NCBI GenBank assembly: GCA_036788695.1
Contig: DAIQMY010000005.1
Span: 5,190-69,189 of the forward strand
Direction: 5' to 3'
From: Candidatus Levyibacteriota bacterium
Lineage (GTDB): Bacteria > Patescibacteriota > Microgenomatia > Levybacterales > GWA1-39-11
Length of the DNA stretch: 64,000 bases
Shown: positions 41,887 to 52,808 of the stretch, in pieces
Numbering within the stretch: position 1 is the stretch's first letter
Layout of the letters: each line of letters begins with the position of its first letter
Notes under the pieces: model-generated
Databases searched by the model: none
Seen by the model: only the letters and a program-made list of their open reading frames with translations
What the model was told of the DNA's origin: nothing
Program-made: the position numbers and the translations under genes

Positions 41887-42309
41887 ATGAAAGAACGAAT
41901 TGTCATTATTTTTATTGCTGTAACCCTAGGGCTTCTTGTGACAACAATTGGATTTTTCCTCTATGAAACGTCAAAACCAAATAAAGATATAAAACCAGAT
42001 ATTACAAAAAAAGAGAAAACCGGACCCCTACCTTCTGAGAAAACAAAGCTAACAATCCTTGCCCCCAAAGATGAAACTGTTACAACAAACAGAACAATTC
42101 AAGTCAAGGGAGTAACTGATCCTCAAAACACACTAATTATTTCAACTAATACTGAGGATGTTGTCGTTAGTCCCACAAGTGAGGGAAGCTTTACTGCTAC
42201 AATTACCATAGATGCTGGTGAAAATAAACTTGTAGTGAGAGCAATTGACCCATCAGGGGATACAGAAGAAGTTATACAAACAATTTCTTTCTCGTCAGAC
42301 ACACTTTAA
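41887..42309 (+). CDS. membrane-anchored protein with Ig-like beta domain
   Basis: N-terminal TM followed by TIQVKGVTDPQNTLIIS...SFTATITIDAGENKLVVRA beta-sandwich-like repeats. Confidence 0.35.
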   Translation: MKERIVIIFIAVTLGLLVTTIGFFLYETSKPNKDIKPDITKKEKTGPLPSEKTKLTILAPKDETVTTNRTIQVKGVTDPQNTLIISTNTEDVVVSPTSEGSFTATITIDAGENKLVVRAIDPSGDTEEVIQTISFSSDTL

Positions 42310-42313
42310 CTAT

Positions 42314-43087
42314 ATGAAGAAAATATTAATAGTATTGATATTATTATTTGGAATACTTTCCCTTATTCCTACTCAGTCCTATTCCCAGGGAGCAACATCA
42401 TCAGCATCAACCGCACCACTGGATGAATCAGAAATGAAAAACGTAAAAAAAATTATTGATCTTGTGGCAAGTAGCTCAGCAGAACAAAAAACAACCGCTA
42501 AGGCAGGAGTTATTGGCATAGTTCAAGAAGTAAATAGCACCTCAGTCAGTCTTAAAACCGTTAACGGCATAAATAGAATAATAGATATTGATGAGATAAC
42601 AAAGTTTTCAGACCCTGACTCAAAAACTTTTGGAGTATCTGATATCACAACCGGGGAAACTATAGGAATCATTGGTATATTAAATAAAGTTTCGAATCAT
42701 ATTTTAGCGCGCTCCGTTGATAGACTGGACACATTACCCACATACTTTGATGGCGTTATAACTTCAATCAATAAAACCAACTTTCAAATAACAGCTGTGG
42801 ACAAAAATGGAAATGAGAAGATCTTAGACGTGCAAACAACTACAAAAATATTTTCTTATACGAAAACTGAAGGTATGATAAAGGCAGGATTTAGCAAGGC
42901 TATTGTGGGTGAACGGGTTTTCGCAGCTGGTTTTCCAGACGCAAAAATTAAAAATCAAATCGCATCAACTAGGATTGTACTTCTTAAAGATACACCATTA
43001 TCTGCGCAGATGAAAAAATATCAAGAAACAAAAACAGATCCTGAAGAAACACAAATACCAAGCCCAAAAGCAAAAGAAACACAGTAG
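42314..43087 (+). CDS. secreted hypothetical protein
   Basis: Signal peptide MKKILIVLILLFGILSLIPTQSYSQ. The ATG at 42314 follows the previous stop. Confidence 0.35.
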   Translation: MKKILIVLILLFGILSLIPTQSYSQGATSSASTAPLDESEMKNVKKIIDLVASSSAEQKTTAKAGVIGIVQEVNSTSVSLKTVNGINRIIDIDEITKFSDPDSKTFGVSDITTGETIGIIGILNKVSNHILARSVDRLDTLPTYFDGVITSINKTNFQITAVDKNGNEKILDVQTTTKIFSYTKTEGMIKAGFSKAIVGERVFAAGFPDAKIKNQIASTRIVLLKDTPLSAQMKKYQETKTDPEETQIPSPKAKETQ

Positions 43088-43091
43088 TTAA

Positions 43092-44492
43092 TTATATCTT
43101 TTTTACAATAATTGTCTTTTTCTTTTTCCCCTCTATAAGCTCGTCCTTCACAACATACCCCATTTTCTCAATCCTATTTCTTAAATGATCCGCTTGGGTA
43201 TACTGCCTATTATGGCGCAAAAAATCCCTATCTTCAGCAAGCTTTAAGACACGTGGCGGGATAATATTCATAAGTTTTGCATTTTCAAATATATCTAGCC
43301 CTAAGACTTTATCCATTTCTCGGATTGTTGCAGCCTTATGCGATAAGGCAACCTTAGGAGTTCTTAGTAGATCCCAAAGGATAGAAAGCGCCTTTGGCAT
43401 ATTCAAATCCTGACCGAGTGCTTCAAAAAAATCACGCTCATATTCAATGTCTGCATCTTTATGAATTTCAGTAAATACTGAAACCGCCTCATAAATTTTA
43501 GTCAATGCGTTCGTTGCAGCCTCTAACGCCTCCCACGTAAAATTCATTTCCGCTCTATAATGAGTTTGAAATGTTAAATACCGAAAAGCCAAAGGACTAA
43601 AACCCTTATCTTTTAGGTCTTTAACTGTGTAGATATTCCCAAGAGACTTACTCATTTTTTCACCATCAACTCTTAAAAATTCATGGTGAATAAAAAAACG
43701 AACAAATTCCTGCCCTGTTGCACACTCCGACTGAGCAATCTCATTTGTATGATGAACACTTATGTGATCTACTCCACCAGTATGGATATCTATTGTTGGT
43801 CCAAGATACCGCATTGCCATTGCGCTACATTCAATGTGCCATCCCGGAAATCCTTCACCCCAAGGAGAATCCCATCTTAGAACGTGGTTAGCAAATTTTC
43901 CTGTGGTGAAAAACCATAGGGCAAAATCTGCCGCATTCTTTTTTTGCGAATCAACTACCACCTCTTGCCTTGCCCCAACAATTTTATCGTCAAGATCCTG
44001 CCTTGAGAGTTTTGTGTAATCTGGAAATTTCGCAACATTAAAATAGATTGCCTGTGGCGTTTTATAGGTAAACCCTTTTGACACAAGTTCTTCAATAAGC
44101 GCTACTTGATCCTCTATATGCTCTGTTGCTCGGGCAATTACTGTAGGCTTTAAAACATTCACTAATGCGATCGATTTCAGAAAATCATCTTCAAATAATC
44201 GTGCGACCTCTAAAACTGTCTTTCCAAACTTCTTTGCTCCCTTCTCCATTTTATCTTCACCATAATCAGCATCAGACGTAAGATGACCAACATCAGTAAT
44301 ATTCATAACGTGCTTAACCTCCCATTCACGCTCCAAAGTTCTTCTTAAAATATCATCTCCTATGTATTTGCGAAGATGTCCTATATGCGCATAGTCATAT
44401 ACAGTTGGGCCACAAGCGTACATTTTAACTATTTTTCCATCTAACGGCTCAAACTCTGAGATAGTATGCGTAAGCGTGTTATAAAGTCTCAT
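43092..44492 (-). CDS. cysS: cysteinyl-tRNA synthetase
   Basis: Class I HIGH (AHIGHLRKY), KMSKS and CGPTVYD. Confidence 0.85.
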   Translation of the reverse strand: MRLYNTLTHTISEFEPLDGKIVKMYACGPTVYDYAHIGHLRKYIGDDILRRTLEREWEVKHVMNITDVGHLTSDADYGEDKMEKGAKKFGKTVLEVARLFEDDFLKSIALVNVLKPTVIARATEHIEDQVALIEELVSKGFTYKTPQAIYFNVAKFPDYTKLSRQDLDDKIVGARQEVVVDSQKKNAADFALWFFTTGKFANHVLRWDSPWGEGFPGWHIECSAMAMRYLGPTIDIHTGGVDHISVHHTNEIAQSECATGQEFVRFFIHHEFLRVDGEKMSKSLGNIYTVKDLKDKGFSPLAFRYLTFQTHYRAEMNFTWEALEAATNALTKIYEAVSVFTEIHKDADIEYERDFFEALGQDLNMPKALSILWDLLRTPKVALSHKAATIREMDKVLGLDIFENAKLMNIIPPRVLKLAEDRDFLRHNRQYTQADHLRNRIEKMGYVVKDELIEGKKKKTIIVKKI

Positions 44493-44537
44493 GAGGTCAA
44501 TTGTACCAAATCTACACTCGTATTACAGTAGTTTTCT

Positions 44538-45050
44538 TTACCGATGGTTTACAAACAAATCGTAAATTTTTTCACGTGTGTCTAATATACACTCATATCT
44601 AGCCAAAATTCCCTTTGCGGGAGCTGGGTTTAATGAAAGATTATTACCGTCTACATGTCCATAGAACGCAATAGAGCTGCCATCACTTGACACATGCCTT
44701 TTAATATCTACCACATGACCTTTTAACTCTCCTTTTATGTGCGTTATCTCTTCCTGTTCTCTGTGAACCCTACCCTTAAAATACCCGACCCCTTCTATCT
44801 CATCTAATAATTCTTTTTCTTGCGCTATCTTAGACAATTCACAAGCAATATTCTCAAGTTCTATTTTAGATCCACGTATACTTCTGAATTCTCTTGCTTT
44901 ACTTATGAGAGAACCTGAGAGGCTATTATCAAGCTTTTGAGCCACAGTAATTGCATCCTTCACCCTCCCCTCAAGAGCCATATTCAATTGAATCCGCAGG
45001 CGTGTGTGTGCGTATGCATAATTATTCCTGCCTCTTGCCTCAATACTCAT
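44538..45050 (-). CDS. hypothetical protein (170 aa)
   Basis: An ORF between cysS and ctpA. No motif recognised; a weak 2H-phosphoesterase resemblance was rejected. Confidence 0.3.
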   Translation of the reverse strand: MSIEARGRNNYAYAHTRLRIQLNMALEGRVKDAITVAQKLDNSLSGSLISKAREFRSIRGSKIELENIACELSKIAQEKELLDEIEGVGYFKGRVHREQEEITHIKGELKGHVVDIKRHVSSDGSSIAFYGHVDGNNLSLNPAPAKGILARYECILDTREKIYDLFVNHR

Positions 45051-45120
45051 AAATATGGATTATACAATACTATAGGAATATTTCAACAGTCTCTGTGATA
45101 GGAGGCTTTTTCTGCTGTTA

Positions 45121-46407
45121 CTATTTTGTTAATTCTTGAATTGCCCTTTGAAGTTGATTATCTAGCGTAGGTGTCTTTGCGGATTTTTCCTTATCAAAAA
45201 CTATCTTTATATCAGGTGTTAGCCCTTTCTTATCAACCCATGTACCATTTGGTGTCAACCATTTTCCGACTGATAAGTGGACAGATGAACCATCAGCAAG
45301 ATCTACCGGCTGCTGAATTGTTCCTTTACCAAATGATGTTTCCCCTATTAAAATGGCGCGCTTGTGATCACGTAACGCCCCTGAAACTATTTCTGAGGCT
45401 GATGCTGATCCCTTATTTATTAACACCACAACTGGTATGTCAAGTAATATCCCATTACGAGATACGGGCATGTCTAACTTCTCACCATTTCCATCTGCTT
45501 GAGATACTATATTTCCGCTTTTTACAAATTCAGAAGCGATAAATACTGCATCCTGTAAATACCCTCCTGGATTATTTCTTAAGTCCAAGACCAAACCCTT
45601 AAAGTTCTTAGACCCGATCATTTTAGGATAAAGACTATTTATCATTTGTGTCCACTCCTGGTTTGTCTTATCTCCAAACTGAGACAAGCGTATGTATGAT
45701 ACTGTACTGCACGTTGGACAATCTTTCTCCTCCTGACAGCTATCTTTCGTGCATGAGAAATTTTTCACCCAACCCGTTACGCTTTTTACTTGAATTGTAT
45801 CCCTGACAATCGAAAGATTTGTGGATTTTGTCTCCTTATCATGCAAAACAGTAAGTTTTACGGTTGTTCCCTTTGGACCTCTTATCTTCTCAACAGTCTG
45901 AGGAAGAGTCCACCCGTTTGTGCTCTGTCCGTCAACTGCCAATATCTCATCTCCGCTCTCAATACCCGCCTTCTCAGCTGGTGATCCGTCAATTGGCGAC
46001 ATAACAGATACCTTATTATTCTTATTTAAACCCAACTCTGCTCCTATTCCAGAAAATTCACCTGCCATTTGGGTTTTGAAATCAGTGTTTTGCTTTGGTG
46101 GGAAAAATGAAGTAAAAGGATCATCTAAGCTTTGCAGAGCACCTGAAATTGCCCCATAAAGAATTTTTTGTGAATCAATTTTAGATTTATCATAATAGTC
46201 ACGGTTTACTTTATCTAATATTTCATAAAAGGGTGCCATATCTAAATTCTGATTTGCGGGAGGATTTTTTTTATTGATTGAAACAATAGGAGTATAGTTT
46301 TTCCATGATGTAGAGATTTGGTTCGTTCCAAGAAAATAACCTATCCCACCAGCTATAAGAACTATAAGAAGCACATGAAAGAATGATACTGAAAACTTTT
46401 TTCGCAT
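45121..46407 (-). CDS. ctpA: carboxyl-terminal processing protease (S41 family)
   Basis: PDZ domain (GIESGDEILAVDG), LVLDLRNNPGGYL and VVVLINKGSASASEIVSGAL catalytic Ser/Lys region, with an N-terminal TM. Confidence 0.8.
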   Translation of the reverse strand: MRKKFSVSFFHVLLIVLIAGGIGYFLGTNQISTSWKNYTPIVSINKKNPPANQNLDMAPFYEILDKVNRDYYDKSKIDSQKILYGAISGALQSLDDPFTSFFPPKQNTDFKTQMAGEFSGIGAELGLNKNNKVSVMSPIDGSPAEKAGIESGDEILAVDGQSTNGWTLPQTVEKIRGPKGTTVKLTVLHDKETKSTNLSIVRDTIQVKSVTGWVKNFSCTKDSCQEEKDCPTCSTVSYIRLSQFGDKTNQEWTQMINSLYPKMIGSKNFKGLVLDLRNNPGGYLQDAVFIASEFVKSGNIVSQADGNGEKLDMPVSRNGILLDIPVVVLINKGSASASEIVSGALRDHKRAILIGETSFGKGTIQQPVDLADGSSVHLSVGKWLTPNGTWVDKKGLTPDIKIVFDKEKSAKTPTLDNQLQRAIQELTK

Positions 46408-46473
46408 AGAAATATATTGTAACCTGTGCTATCCCACAAGAGCAATAGGAAAATACATCTATTACTTGTAGTT

Positions 46474-46716
46474 TTAATCAGGTACTACCACAAATGGAAG
46501 GAGTGCTAGGTGACGTGCTCGCTTAACTGCAATCGTTATCTTTTTTTGATGCTTCATGCATACACCAGTTTTAGAAGCTGAGAGAATTTTTCCACGATCA
46601 GTAGTGAATTTATGCAATACTTCTGTCTCCAAAAAATCAGGATTTTTTTCCTCTTTACAGAATATACAATTTTTTGGTACTTCTCGTTTTGTATGTAATT
46701 TTTTTTGATTTGCCAT
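46474..46716 (-). CDS. rpsR: 30S ribosomal protein S18
   Basis: CIFCKEEKNPDFLETEVLHKFTTDRGKIL. Confidence 0.85.
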   Translation of the reverse strand: MANQKKLHTKREVPKNCIFCKEEKNPDFLETEVLHKFTTDRGKILSASKTGVCMKHQKKITIAVKRARHLALLPFVVVPD

Positions 46717-46744
46717 ATTTGTAATATTTCCCTATTTATTATTC

Positions 46745-47230
46745 TTAAAAAGGTATGTCGTCTGGATTTACATCCTCTGAAACCTGTTCTTTTACTTCCT
46801 TTTTTGCCTTAGGCTTTTCAGGCTCCTCTGTCTGCAATACAGAATCCTGCAGCACAGGCTCTTCTATATGCTCCGGTACACTATCTTCGCCTACCTTTCT
46901 ACTGTCTAAAATAATCATATCTTCTATAACTATTTCAGTTGTATTACGCTGTGCTCCGTCTTGCCCGGTCCAACTTCTGTTTGAAATTCTTCCTTCAACG
47001 TAAACTTTTCTTCCTTTTGTCAAAAGCTGTGAGCAAAGCTCTGCTAACTTATTCCATGCAACTATTTTATGAAATTCAGCATCTTCTTTTTTTTCTCCGT
47101 TATCAGTTGTCCAACTTCTGTTAGTTGCAAGACCAAACGTACAAACAGCAGTCCCCTGCGGGGTATACCGTAATTCAGGATCTCTTGTCAAATTTCCAAT
47201 TAATTGTACTCTGTTTAATGAACGTGCCAT
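46745..47230 (-). CDS. ssb: single-stranded DNA-binding protein
   Basis: OB-fold N-terminus MARSLNRVQLIGNLTRDPELRYTPQG and an acidic C-terminal DDIPF tail. Confidence 0.85.
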   Translation of the reverse strand: MARSLNRVQLIGNLTRDPELRYTPQGTAVCTFGLATNRSWTTDNGEKKEDAEFHKIVAWNKLAELCSQLLTKGRKVYVEGRISNRSWTGQDGAQRNTTEIVIEDMIILDSRKVGEDSVPEHIEEPVLQDSVLQTEEPEKPKAKKEVKEQVSEDVNPDDIPF

Positions 47231-47250
47231 TTTAAAGTTAAGTATCTATC

Positions 47251-47523
47251 CTAATTTACTCTAATCATTAAGTGACGTAAGATGTCATCAGTAATTACTA
47301 GGCGCTTCTCAAAATCTGTATCTATCTTTTCAGATCCAAACTCAAGAGCAACGTAATCACCCTTTTTTTCATGCTTTATAGGATAAGCAAGTTTTTTCTC
47401 ACCTAATTCTGTAACTTTTGCGTTCTGTGCTTTTGCCCAACCCTCAACCTGAGTTAAAACGGTTTTTTTCTTATCTTTATTCAGATCAGACTTTAATAAT
47501 AGTACTAGTTTATAGCTTCGCAT
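47251..47523 (-). CDS. rpsF: 30S ribosomal protein S6
   Basis: MRSYKLVLLLKSDL...YVALEF, in the conserved rpsF-ssb-rpsR order. Confidence 0.8.
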   Translation of the reverse strand: MRSYKLVLLLKSDLNKDKKKTVLTQVEGWAKAQNAKVTELGEKKLAYPIKHEKKGDYVALEFGSEKIDTDFEKRLVITDDILRHLMIRVN

Positions 47524-47608
47524 ACGTTGAGTTATTATACACAAAAGGGATAGTTGGTATCAAGAGGAAACAACATGTCACTTTTTGGTTCGTTTTTTGA
47601 TGAAATAT

Positions 47609-48748
47609 TTAGGGTGAAACTGCATGTAGCCTTACTTCTATCTCCTGAGTTTTCCCCTTTCTATAATAAGTAATCGCTACAATGTCTCCTATCTTTTTTC
47701 TTGAAATTACGGCAGCCAATCCCCCACTCTGATCACGGAGCTTCTCACCATCAACATGCGTAAGAATATCTCCTGATTTAATTCCCGCCTTGTCGGCAGA
47801 CGAATCTGGAATTACTTCCTGGACATACGCTCCCTCTGGGAGCTCATTTAGAAGCGCTGCCTGGCGAGATAACATGGTATAGGAAATCCCAAGGTACGGT
47901 CTATTAAACTGCCCAGTATTATTAAAATTTTCTATAGATTCTTTTACTATATTTATAGGAATAGCAAATCCGATATTTTGTCCATTCTGGGCAACTGCTG
48001 TATTAATTCCAATAACCTGCCCGTAAGAATTTAAGAGTGGGCCACCACTATTCCCCGGATTAATCGCGGCATCAGTTTGGATTACATTGTCTAGCCTCTC
48101 TGCAAATCCCTGAAATACACTCCCTGCGGTAATCCCACGGCCAAGCCCTGAGACAACACCAGTTGTAACAGTATTGCTAAATTCACCCAAAGCAGTTCCA
48201 ATGGCAATTGCAAATTGTCCGACTTCAAGCTTTGCTGAATCCCCTAATTCTGCCGCCTTAAATCCGCCAGTTGGCGTTTTTTCTGTCTTTAAAATTGCAA
48301 AATCATTTGCAGGATCCCTGTAAATTTTAACGACTTTATATTTTTTCCCTTTTATATCTACTACTATGTAGTAAGCTCCATCATCAGACACTACATGTTT
48401 ATTTGTCGCAATTAACCCTTCCCGCGTTAATACAAACCCTGAACCTATAAAGTCCTCTTTTGTTGATTCATTTTGAGATTCTTGTGATATCTCTGAGTTA
48501 AAAAATAGCGAAAACGGATCATTGAGAGAAGAAGAACTTGAGGGTGGAATTATCACCCCGATTGTCACAACTGAAGGGCCTACTTTTCTTACCACCTCTG
48601 TGACAGAAGGTTCCTTCTGCAACACCTTTCCATGATCGATATCTTTTGATTCACTAAAAATGGGAGATTTTTGCAAAATAGGTGAAATGCCTCTCCAAAT
48701 TAATACCGTAGAAATCAAAATAGTAAGTAGAATTACTAGCCTCTTCAT
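47609..48748 (-). CDS. htrA: HtrA/DegP-family serine protease with PDZ domain
   Basis: Catalytic GNSGGPLLN, a TNKHV His region, a C-terminal PDZ (GIKSGDILTHVDG) and an N-terminal TM. Confidence 0.8.
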   Translation of the reverse strand: MKRLVILLTILISTVLIWRGISPILQKSPIFSESKDIDHGKVLQKEPSVTEVVRKVGPSVVTIGVIIPPSSSSSLNDPFSLFFNSEISQESQNESTKEDFIGSGFVLTREGLIATNKHVVSDDGAYYIVVDIKGKKYKVVKIYRDPANDFAILKTEKTPTGGFKAAELGDSAKLEVGQFAIAIGTALGEFSNTVTTGVVSGLGRGITAGSVFQGFAERLDNVIQTDAAINPGNSGGPLLNSYGQVIGINTAVAQNGQNIGFAIPINIVKESIENFNNTGQFNRPYLGISYTMLSRQAALLNELPEGAYVQEVIPDSSADKAGIKSGDILTHVDGEKLRDQSGGLAAVISRKKIGDIVAITYYRKGKTQEIEVRLHAVSP

Positions 48749-48859
48749 GAAAAAATAGTTTAGTACCTTAGCTTCTTTTTGTCAATAAAATAGACATCAA
48801 AAACACAAAAACTCATACGTATTTGACTGATCATTGTTGTATTATATACTTAATACTAT

Positions 48860-49261
48860 ATGCCAAAACCCGGAACAGTTTTTGGAGACGTACTGGAACA
48901 ATTTAAAGAACAAGGAAAAGCAATTGGAAAAGAGGTAGTAAAAATACCGGTTGATATTGTAAAGGCAAGCTTTGAACAACCCATACCCCTTCCCACCCAA
49001 GAACGTACACAACAGCTTAAGGCAGAGGAAAAAGCAAAGCTTGCCAAAGTAAGAAGTGGACTTGCCATGGAGCAAGAATTTAAATCTCCCCCACCTGAAG
49101 AAAAAAGAATACAACAAGGAGCGACAACAGCTGAAAAGGGTCAGGTAAATCAAAACGCTCAAGCAAATAATCAACTATCTGCCAGCATGACTCCCAAGAA
49201 AAAGCCAGAACCACTTGTAGTGCAGCAAAAAAGAAATGACCGACTTCATGGCGCAGGATAA
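48860..49261 (+). CDS. low-complexity hypothetical protein (Lys/Glu/Gln-rich)
   Basis: Protein-like composition on the + strand. The overlapping minus-strand ORF 48842..49174 looks like a shadow. Confidence 0.3.
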   Translation: MPKPGTVFGDVLEQFKEQGKAIGKEVVKIPVDIVKASFEQPIPLPTQERTQQLKAEEKAKLAKVRSGLAMEQEFKSPPPEEKRIQQGATTAEKGQVNQNAQANNQLSASMTPKKKPEPLVVQQKRNDRLHGAG

Positions 49262-49332
49262 AAATAAAAGGAATGCATTCCACCGAGTAGATATCTACCT
49301 CCGTAATTTTTTTTCTGCTACAATATCTTCAT

Positions 49333-50517
49333 ATGATAATTACACCAAGAACATTGAAGGGGTTTCGTGATTTTCTTCCTGAGGAAGCAAGAAAACGACA
49401 ATATCTCATAGGAGCTTTCAAAAAAGTTTTTGAACGGTACGGTTTTGAACCCCTAGAAACACCATCTCTAGAATATGAAGATATACTTTTGGGGAAATAT
49501 GGTGATGAGGGTGATAAGCTAATGTATCGTTTTGAAGACAACGGTCAACGCCGTGTTTCATTGCGCTACGACCAAACCGTCCCGCTTGCTCGAGTTATAG
49601 CACAGTATGAAAATGAACTTCCCTTGCCTTTCAAGCGTTACCAAGTCTCAAATGTTTGGCGAGCTGAAAATACACAGCGCGGACGATTCCGAGAATTTCT
49701 CCAATGCGATATAGATACAGTAGGTGTTGACTCTGCCCTCTCAGACTCTGAAATTATTAAAGTAGTAATTACAACCCTTGAATCGTTGGGAGTAAAGAAT
49801 TTTAAAATTTTCTTAAACGACCGCGCAGTATTTTCAGATATTCCTAAGGAAGGAATAGTCACAATAGACAAACTCAAAAAAATTGGGAAAGATGGGGTCT
49901 TGTCAGAGCTGAAAGAAAAGGGAATTGATGGTGAGATTTTAACCAGAATAACAAACTCTACACCTACACAAAGAGTTGAAGAAATAAAAGAACTATTAGG
50001 AGATGTGCGAGTGATATTTGAACCAACGCTTGCCCGAGGACTGGACTATTACACTGGCATTATTATTGAGGTAGAGATAGAAGGATATGATGGTGGATCC
50101 ATAGGAGGAGGCGGAAGATATAATGACTTAATAGGCATGTTTAACGGAAGAAACCAACCCGCTGTTGGCTTCGCTTTTGGATTTGATAGGCTTTTTTCAG
50201 CACTAGAGAGCTTAAATCTCTTAAAAATCTCCCCTTCAGTGGCTCAAGTTCTTGTAACAATTTTCTCTCCAGAATTAAAACAAGACGCGATAAATGCCGC
50301 AACAAAACTAAGAATGCGCGGAGTAAATACAGACCTATGGCTTGAGGATAATTCCAAAATGGAAAAACAAGTAAAATATGCACTGAAAAAACAGATTCCG
50401 TATCTATTAATAATAGGTCCTGAGGAAAAAGAAAAAAACATGGTAACTATAAAAGCATTGGATATACGCGATCAGAAAACAGTAACCCTAGACGAAGCAA
50501 TCCAAATGATCGGGTGA
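49333..50517 (+). CDS. hisS: histidyl-tRNA synthetase
   Basis: Class II motifs (KGFRDFLPEE, motif 2 FRYDQT-like LRYDQTVPLAR, GGGRYD) and a TGA stop. Confidence 0.85.
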   Translation: MIITPRTLKGFRDFLPEEARKRQYLIGAFKKVFERYGFEPLETPSLEYEDILLGKYGDEGDKLMYRFEDNGQRRVSLRYDQTVPLARVIAQYENELPLPFKRYQVSNVWRAENTQRGRFREFLQCDIDTVGVDSALSDSEIIKVVITTLESLGVKNFKIFLNDRAVFSDIPKEGIVTIDKLKKIGKDGVLSELKEKGIDGEILTRITNSTPTQRVEEIKELLGDVRVIFEPTLARGLDYYTGIIIEVEIEGYDGGSIGGGGRYNDLIGMFNGRNQPAVGFAFGFDRLFSALESLNLLKISPSVAQVLVTIFSPELKQDAINAATKLRMRGVNTDLWLEDNSKMEKQVKYALKKQIPYLLIIGPEEKEKNMVTIKALDIRDQKTVTLDEAIQMIG

Positions 50518-50524
50518 ATCTCCT

Positions 50525-51436
50525 ATGAAACTGTCCACAACAAAAAAAGCGGTTATAGCGCTTATTATAGCGAATACTATTTGGGGCGCTGCCCCTCCCA
50601 TATTCAAATGGGCACTCTATGATATAGGTCCCTTTTCACTTGCATTCTACCGTTTTCTCTTAGCTACACTCATCACTCTTCCTTTTGTATACAAACATCT
50701 ATCATTTTCTCCAAGGTATCTTTTGAGTATCATATTTATAGGAATTACAGGAGTTACTATTAATATCAGTTTTTTCTTTTTTGGTCTGGAATTTGCACCT
50801 AGCATTAATGCTTCTATTGTAGGGAGCGCAGGTCCGATTATATTAATTTTTGCCTCAATTATTTTCCTGCACGAAAAATTTAAAAAAAAATTATTTTACG
50901 GTGCTCTTATAGGACTTATAGGTGTTTCTCTCATAATCCTTAAGCCCTTATTTACGAAGGAGCCAAATATAGCAATTCTTGGAAGTGCCCTTTTCTTTAT
51001 TGGAATGCTCGGGTCTATCGCGCACACTCTCGTTGCGAAAAAAATTATAAAAAAACTGAACCCAATAACCATTACTTTTTGGAGTTTTTTCTTTGGAACA
51101 ATTGGATTTTTACCGTTTTTTTATGAAGAAGGACTTGTTCAAGGATTTATTCCCCATATGAGCACAAACGTAATTGTTGGAATCTTTTTTGGTGCTGTCC
51201 TTTCATCATTTGTCGCTTATCTTCTATCTTTCTGGGCATTAAAATATTTACAAGCAGAGGATGTAGGAATTTTTGTATATATTGATCCAGTAGTAACAGT
51301 TCTTATTGCAGGTCCACTACTGGGCGAATACCCAGACTTACTATTTCTTGTTGGAACAGTATTTGTATTCGGCGGGATATTTATAGCTGAAAAAAGAATT
51401 CACTGGCATCCCCTACACAAGTTAACAGGCAGATGA
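50525..51436 (+). CDS. EamA/DMT-family transporter
   Basis: Ten TM segments in two EamA-like halves. Confidence 0.6.
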   Translation: MKLSTTKKAVIALIIANTIWGAAPPIFKWALYDIGPFSLAFYRFLLATLITLPFVYKHLSFSPRYLLSIIFIGITGVTINISFFFFGLEFAPSINASIVGSAGPIILIFASIIFLHEKFKKKLFYGALIGLIGVSLIILKPLFTKEPNIAILGSALFFIGMLGSIAHTLVAKKIIKKLNPITITFWSFFFGTIGFLPFFYEEGLVQGFIPHMSTNVIVGIFFGAVLSSFVAYLLSFWALKYLQAEDVGIFVYIDPVVTVLIAGPLLGEYPDLLFLVGTVFVFGGIFIAEKRIHWHPLHKLTGR

Positions 51437-51506
51437 TGAATTGGTATTTTATGCCAGACACAACAATGCTTGCGTAAATGCTTAGAAAAAGATATAATAA
51501 TGCATT

Positions 51507-51797
51507 ATGAGAGCACAGATTCACCCACAATATAATGATTCGGCAACAGTAATTTGCTCATGCGGCAACCAGTTTAACGTGGGCTCAACTAAAGGAACCA
51601 TACACGTCGAGCTTTGCTATAACTGTCATCCTTTTTATACAGGGCAGCAAAAATTTGTTGATACTGCTTCAAGAATTCAAAAGTTTGAAGATAAAATGAA
51701 GGCTAAGAAAATTATAGTTAAAAAGGAAACTGAAAGAAAAGAAGACGATGGTCCAAAATCTCTCAAAGAAATGCTCGCAGCCCTCAAGAAGAAATAA
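51507..51797 (+). CDS. rpmE: 50S ribosomal protein L31 with Lys-rich C-terminal extension
   Basis: MRAQIHPQY...CSCGN...[10 protein letters not shown]. Confidence 0.8.
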   Translation: MRAQIHPQYNDSATVICSCGNQFNVGSTKGTIHVELCYNCHPFYTGQQKFVDTASRIQKFEDKMKAKKIIVKKETERKEDDGPKSLKEMLAALKKK

Positions 51798-51838
51798 GAT
51801 TTTCCTCTCATCGTGTACACGGTTACTACTACCGAATT

Positions 51839-52789
51839 GTGTATAATAAAACCCATATGAACGGAATAGAATCTCACATCATAGAACTAGATAAAAAAAT
51901 TGAAGAAGCACAAGAGCTTATGGCTGACCCTGATATGGGAACGTTAGCCGCTGAAGAACTTGAAAAGCTAAAGGCTGAAAAAGAAGCGCTATTGATGGCG
52001 CTCTCAGGAGCTACGAATCAAATAACCCAAAGCGACGCACAAATTGAAGCAGAAAGAAATGACTTAGACCACAGAAATGCGATACTTGAAATAAAAGGAG
52101 CTGCCGGTGGAGATGAAGCCAAGATATTCGCAAACGAACTACTGCGTATGTATAACCGCTTTGCCCAACTGAGAAACTATCGAGTTGAACAACTTGACGA
52201 ATATACTATAAAAATTATCGGAAAAAATGCCTTCTCTTACTTTAAATACGAATCGGGAGTTCATAGAGTACAACGAGTACCTGAGACTGAAAAACGTGGA
52301 AGAGTCCACACTTCTACAGTAGTTGTCTCCATCTTACCAGAGCTTGAGGATATAGACTTGCATATTAATCCCGATGATATTGAATTTACTGCATACAGAG
52401 CTGGCGGACATGGAGGTCAAAATGTAAATAAGGTATCAACTGCCGTACGCCTTAAACATATACCAACCGGAATAGTCGTTACATGCCAAGACGAAAGACA
52501 GCAAAACCAGAATCGCGAAAACGCGATGAAGGTACTGCGTGCAAAACTTTGGGAGCTTGAAGTAGCTAAACGCGATGAAATGATCGCAGAACTAAAATCT
52601 ACTCAGGTTGGAAAAGGTATGAGAGCTGAAAAAATCCGAACCTATAATTTTCCTCAAGACCGGCTAACAGATCACAGAATTAATGAATCTTTCCATAACC
52701 TCCCCTCTCTTATGGACGGGAATATTCTTGAAATAATTAACGCACTTAAGGATTCAGGAGATCAACAGAAAACCCCACCCCAAGAGTAA
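51839..52789 (+). CDS. prfA: peptide chain release factor 1 (PET variant of PxT motif)
   Basis: [12 protein letters not shown] (GGQ) and [17 protein letters not shown] aligning with the RF1 PxT region. Confidence 0.8.
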   Translation: MYNKTHMNGIESHIIELDKKIEEAQELMADPDMGTLAAEELEKLKAEKEALLMALSGATNQITQSDAQIEAERNDLDHRNAILEIKGAAGGDEAKIFANELLRMYNRFAQLRNYRVEQLDEYTIKIIGKNAFSYFKYESGVHRVQRVPETEKRGRVHTSTVVVSILPELEDIDLHINPDDIEFTAYRAGGHGGQNVNKVSTAVRLKHIPTGIVVTCQDERQQNQNRENAMKVLRAKLWELEVAKRDEMIAELKSTQVGKGMRAEKIRTYNFPQDRLTDHRINESFHNLPSLMDGNILEIINALKDSGDQQKTPPQE

Positions 52790-52808
52790 GAGAAAGGCTT
52801 TTTTCCAC

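Noticed and set aside
44538-45050. Assignment of the 170-aa ORF as a LigT-like 2H phosphoesterase or Mini-III RNase (by size and the cysS neighbourhood)
   Set aside because: Neither the paired H-x-T/S-x motifs nor an RNase III signature could be aligned convincingly. It is left as hypothetical.
49333-52789. UGA recoding (as in SR1/Gracilibacteria), given that RF1 was found and no RF2 is in the window
   Set aside because: hisS (50515-50517) and the pseudopilin at 611-1123 terminate with TGA at positions consistent with full-length proteins, so TGA is a stop here. RF2 is presumably encoded elsewhere.
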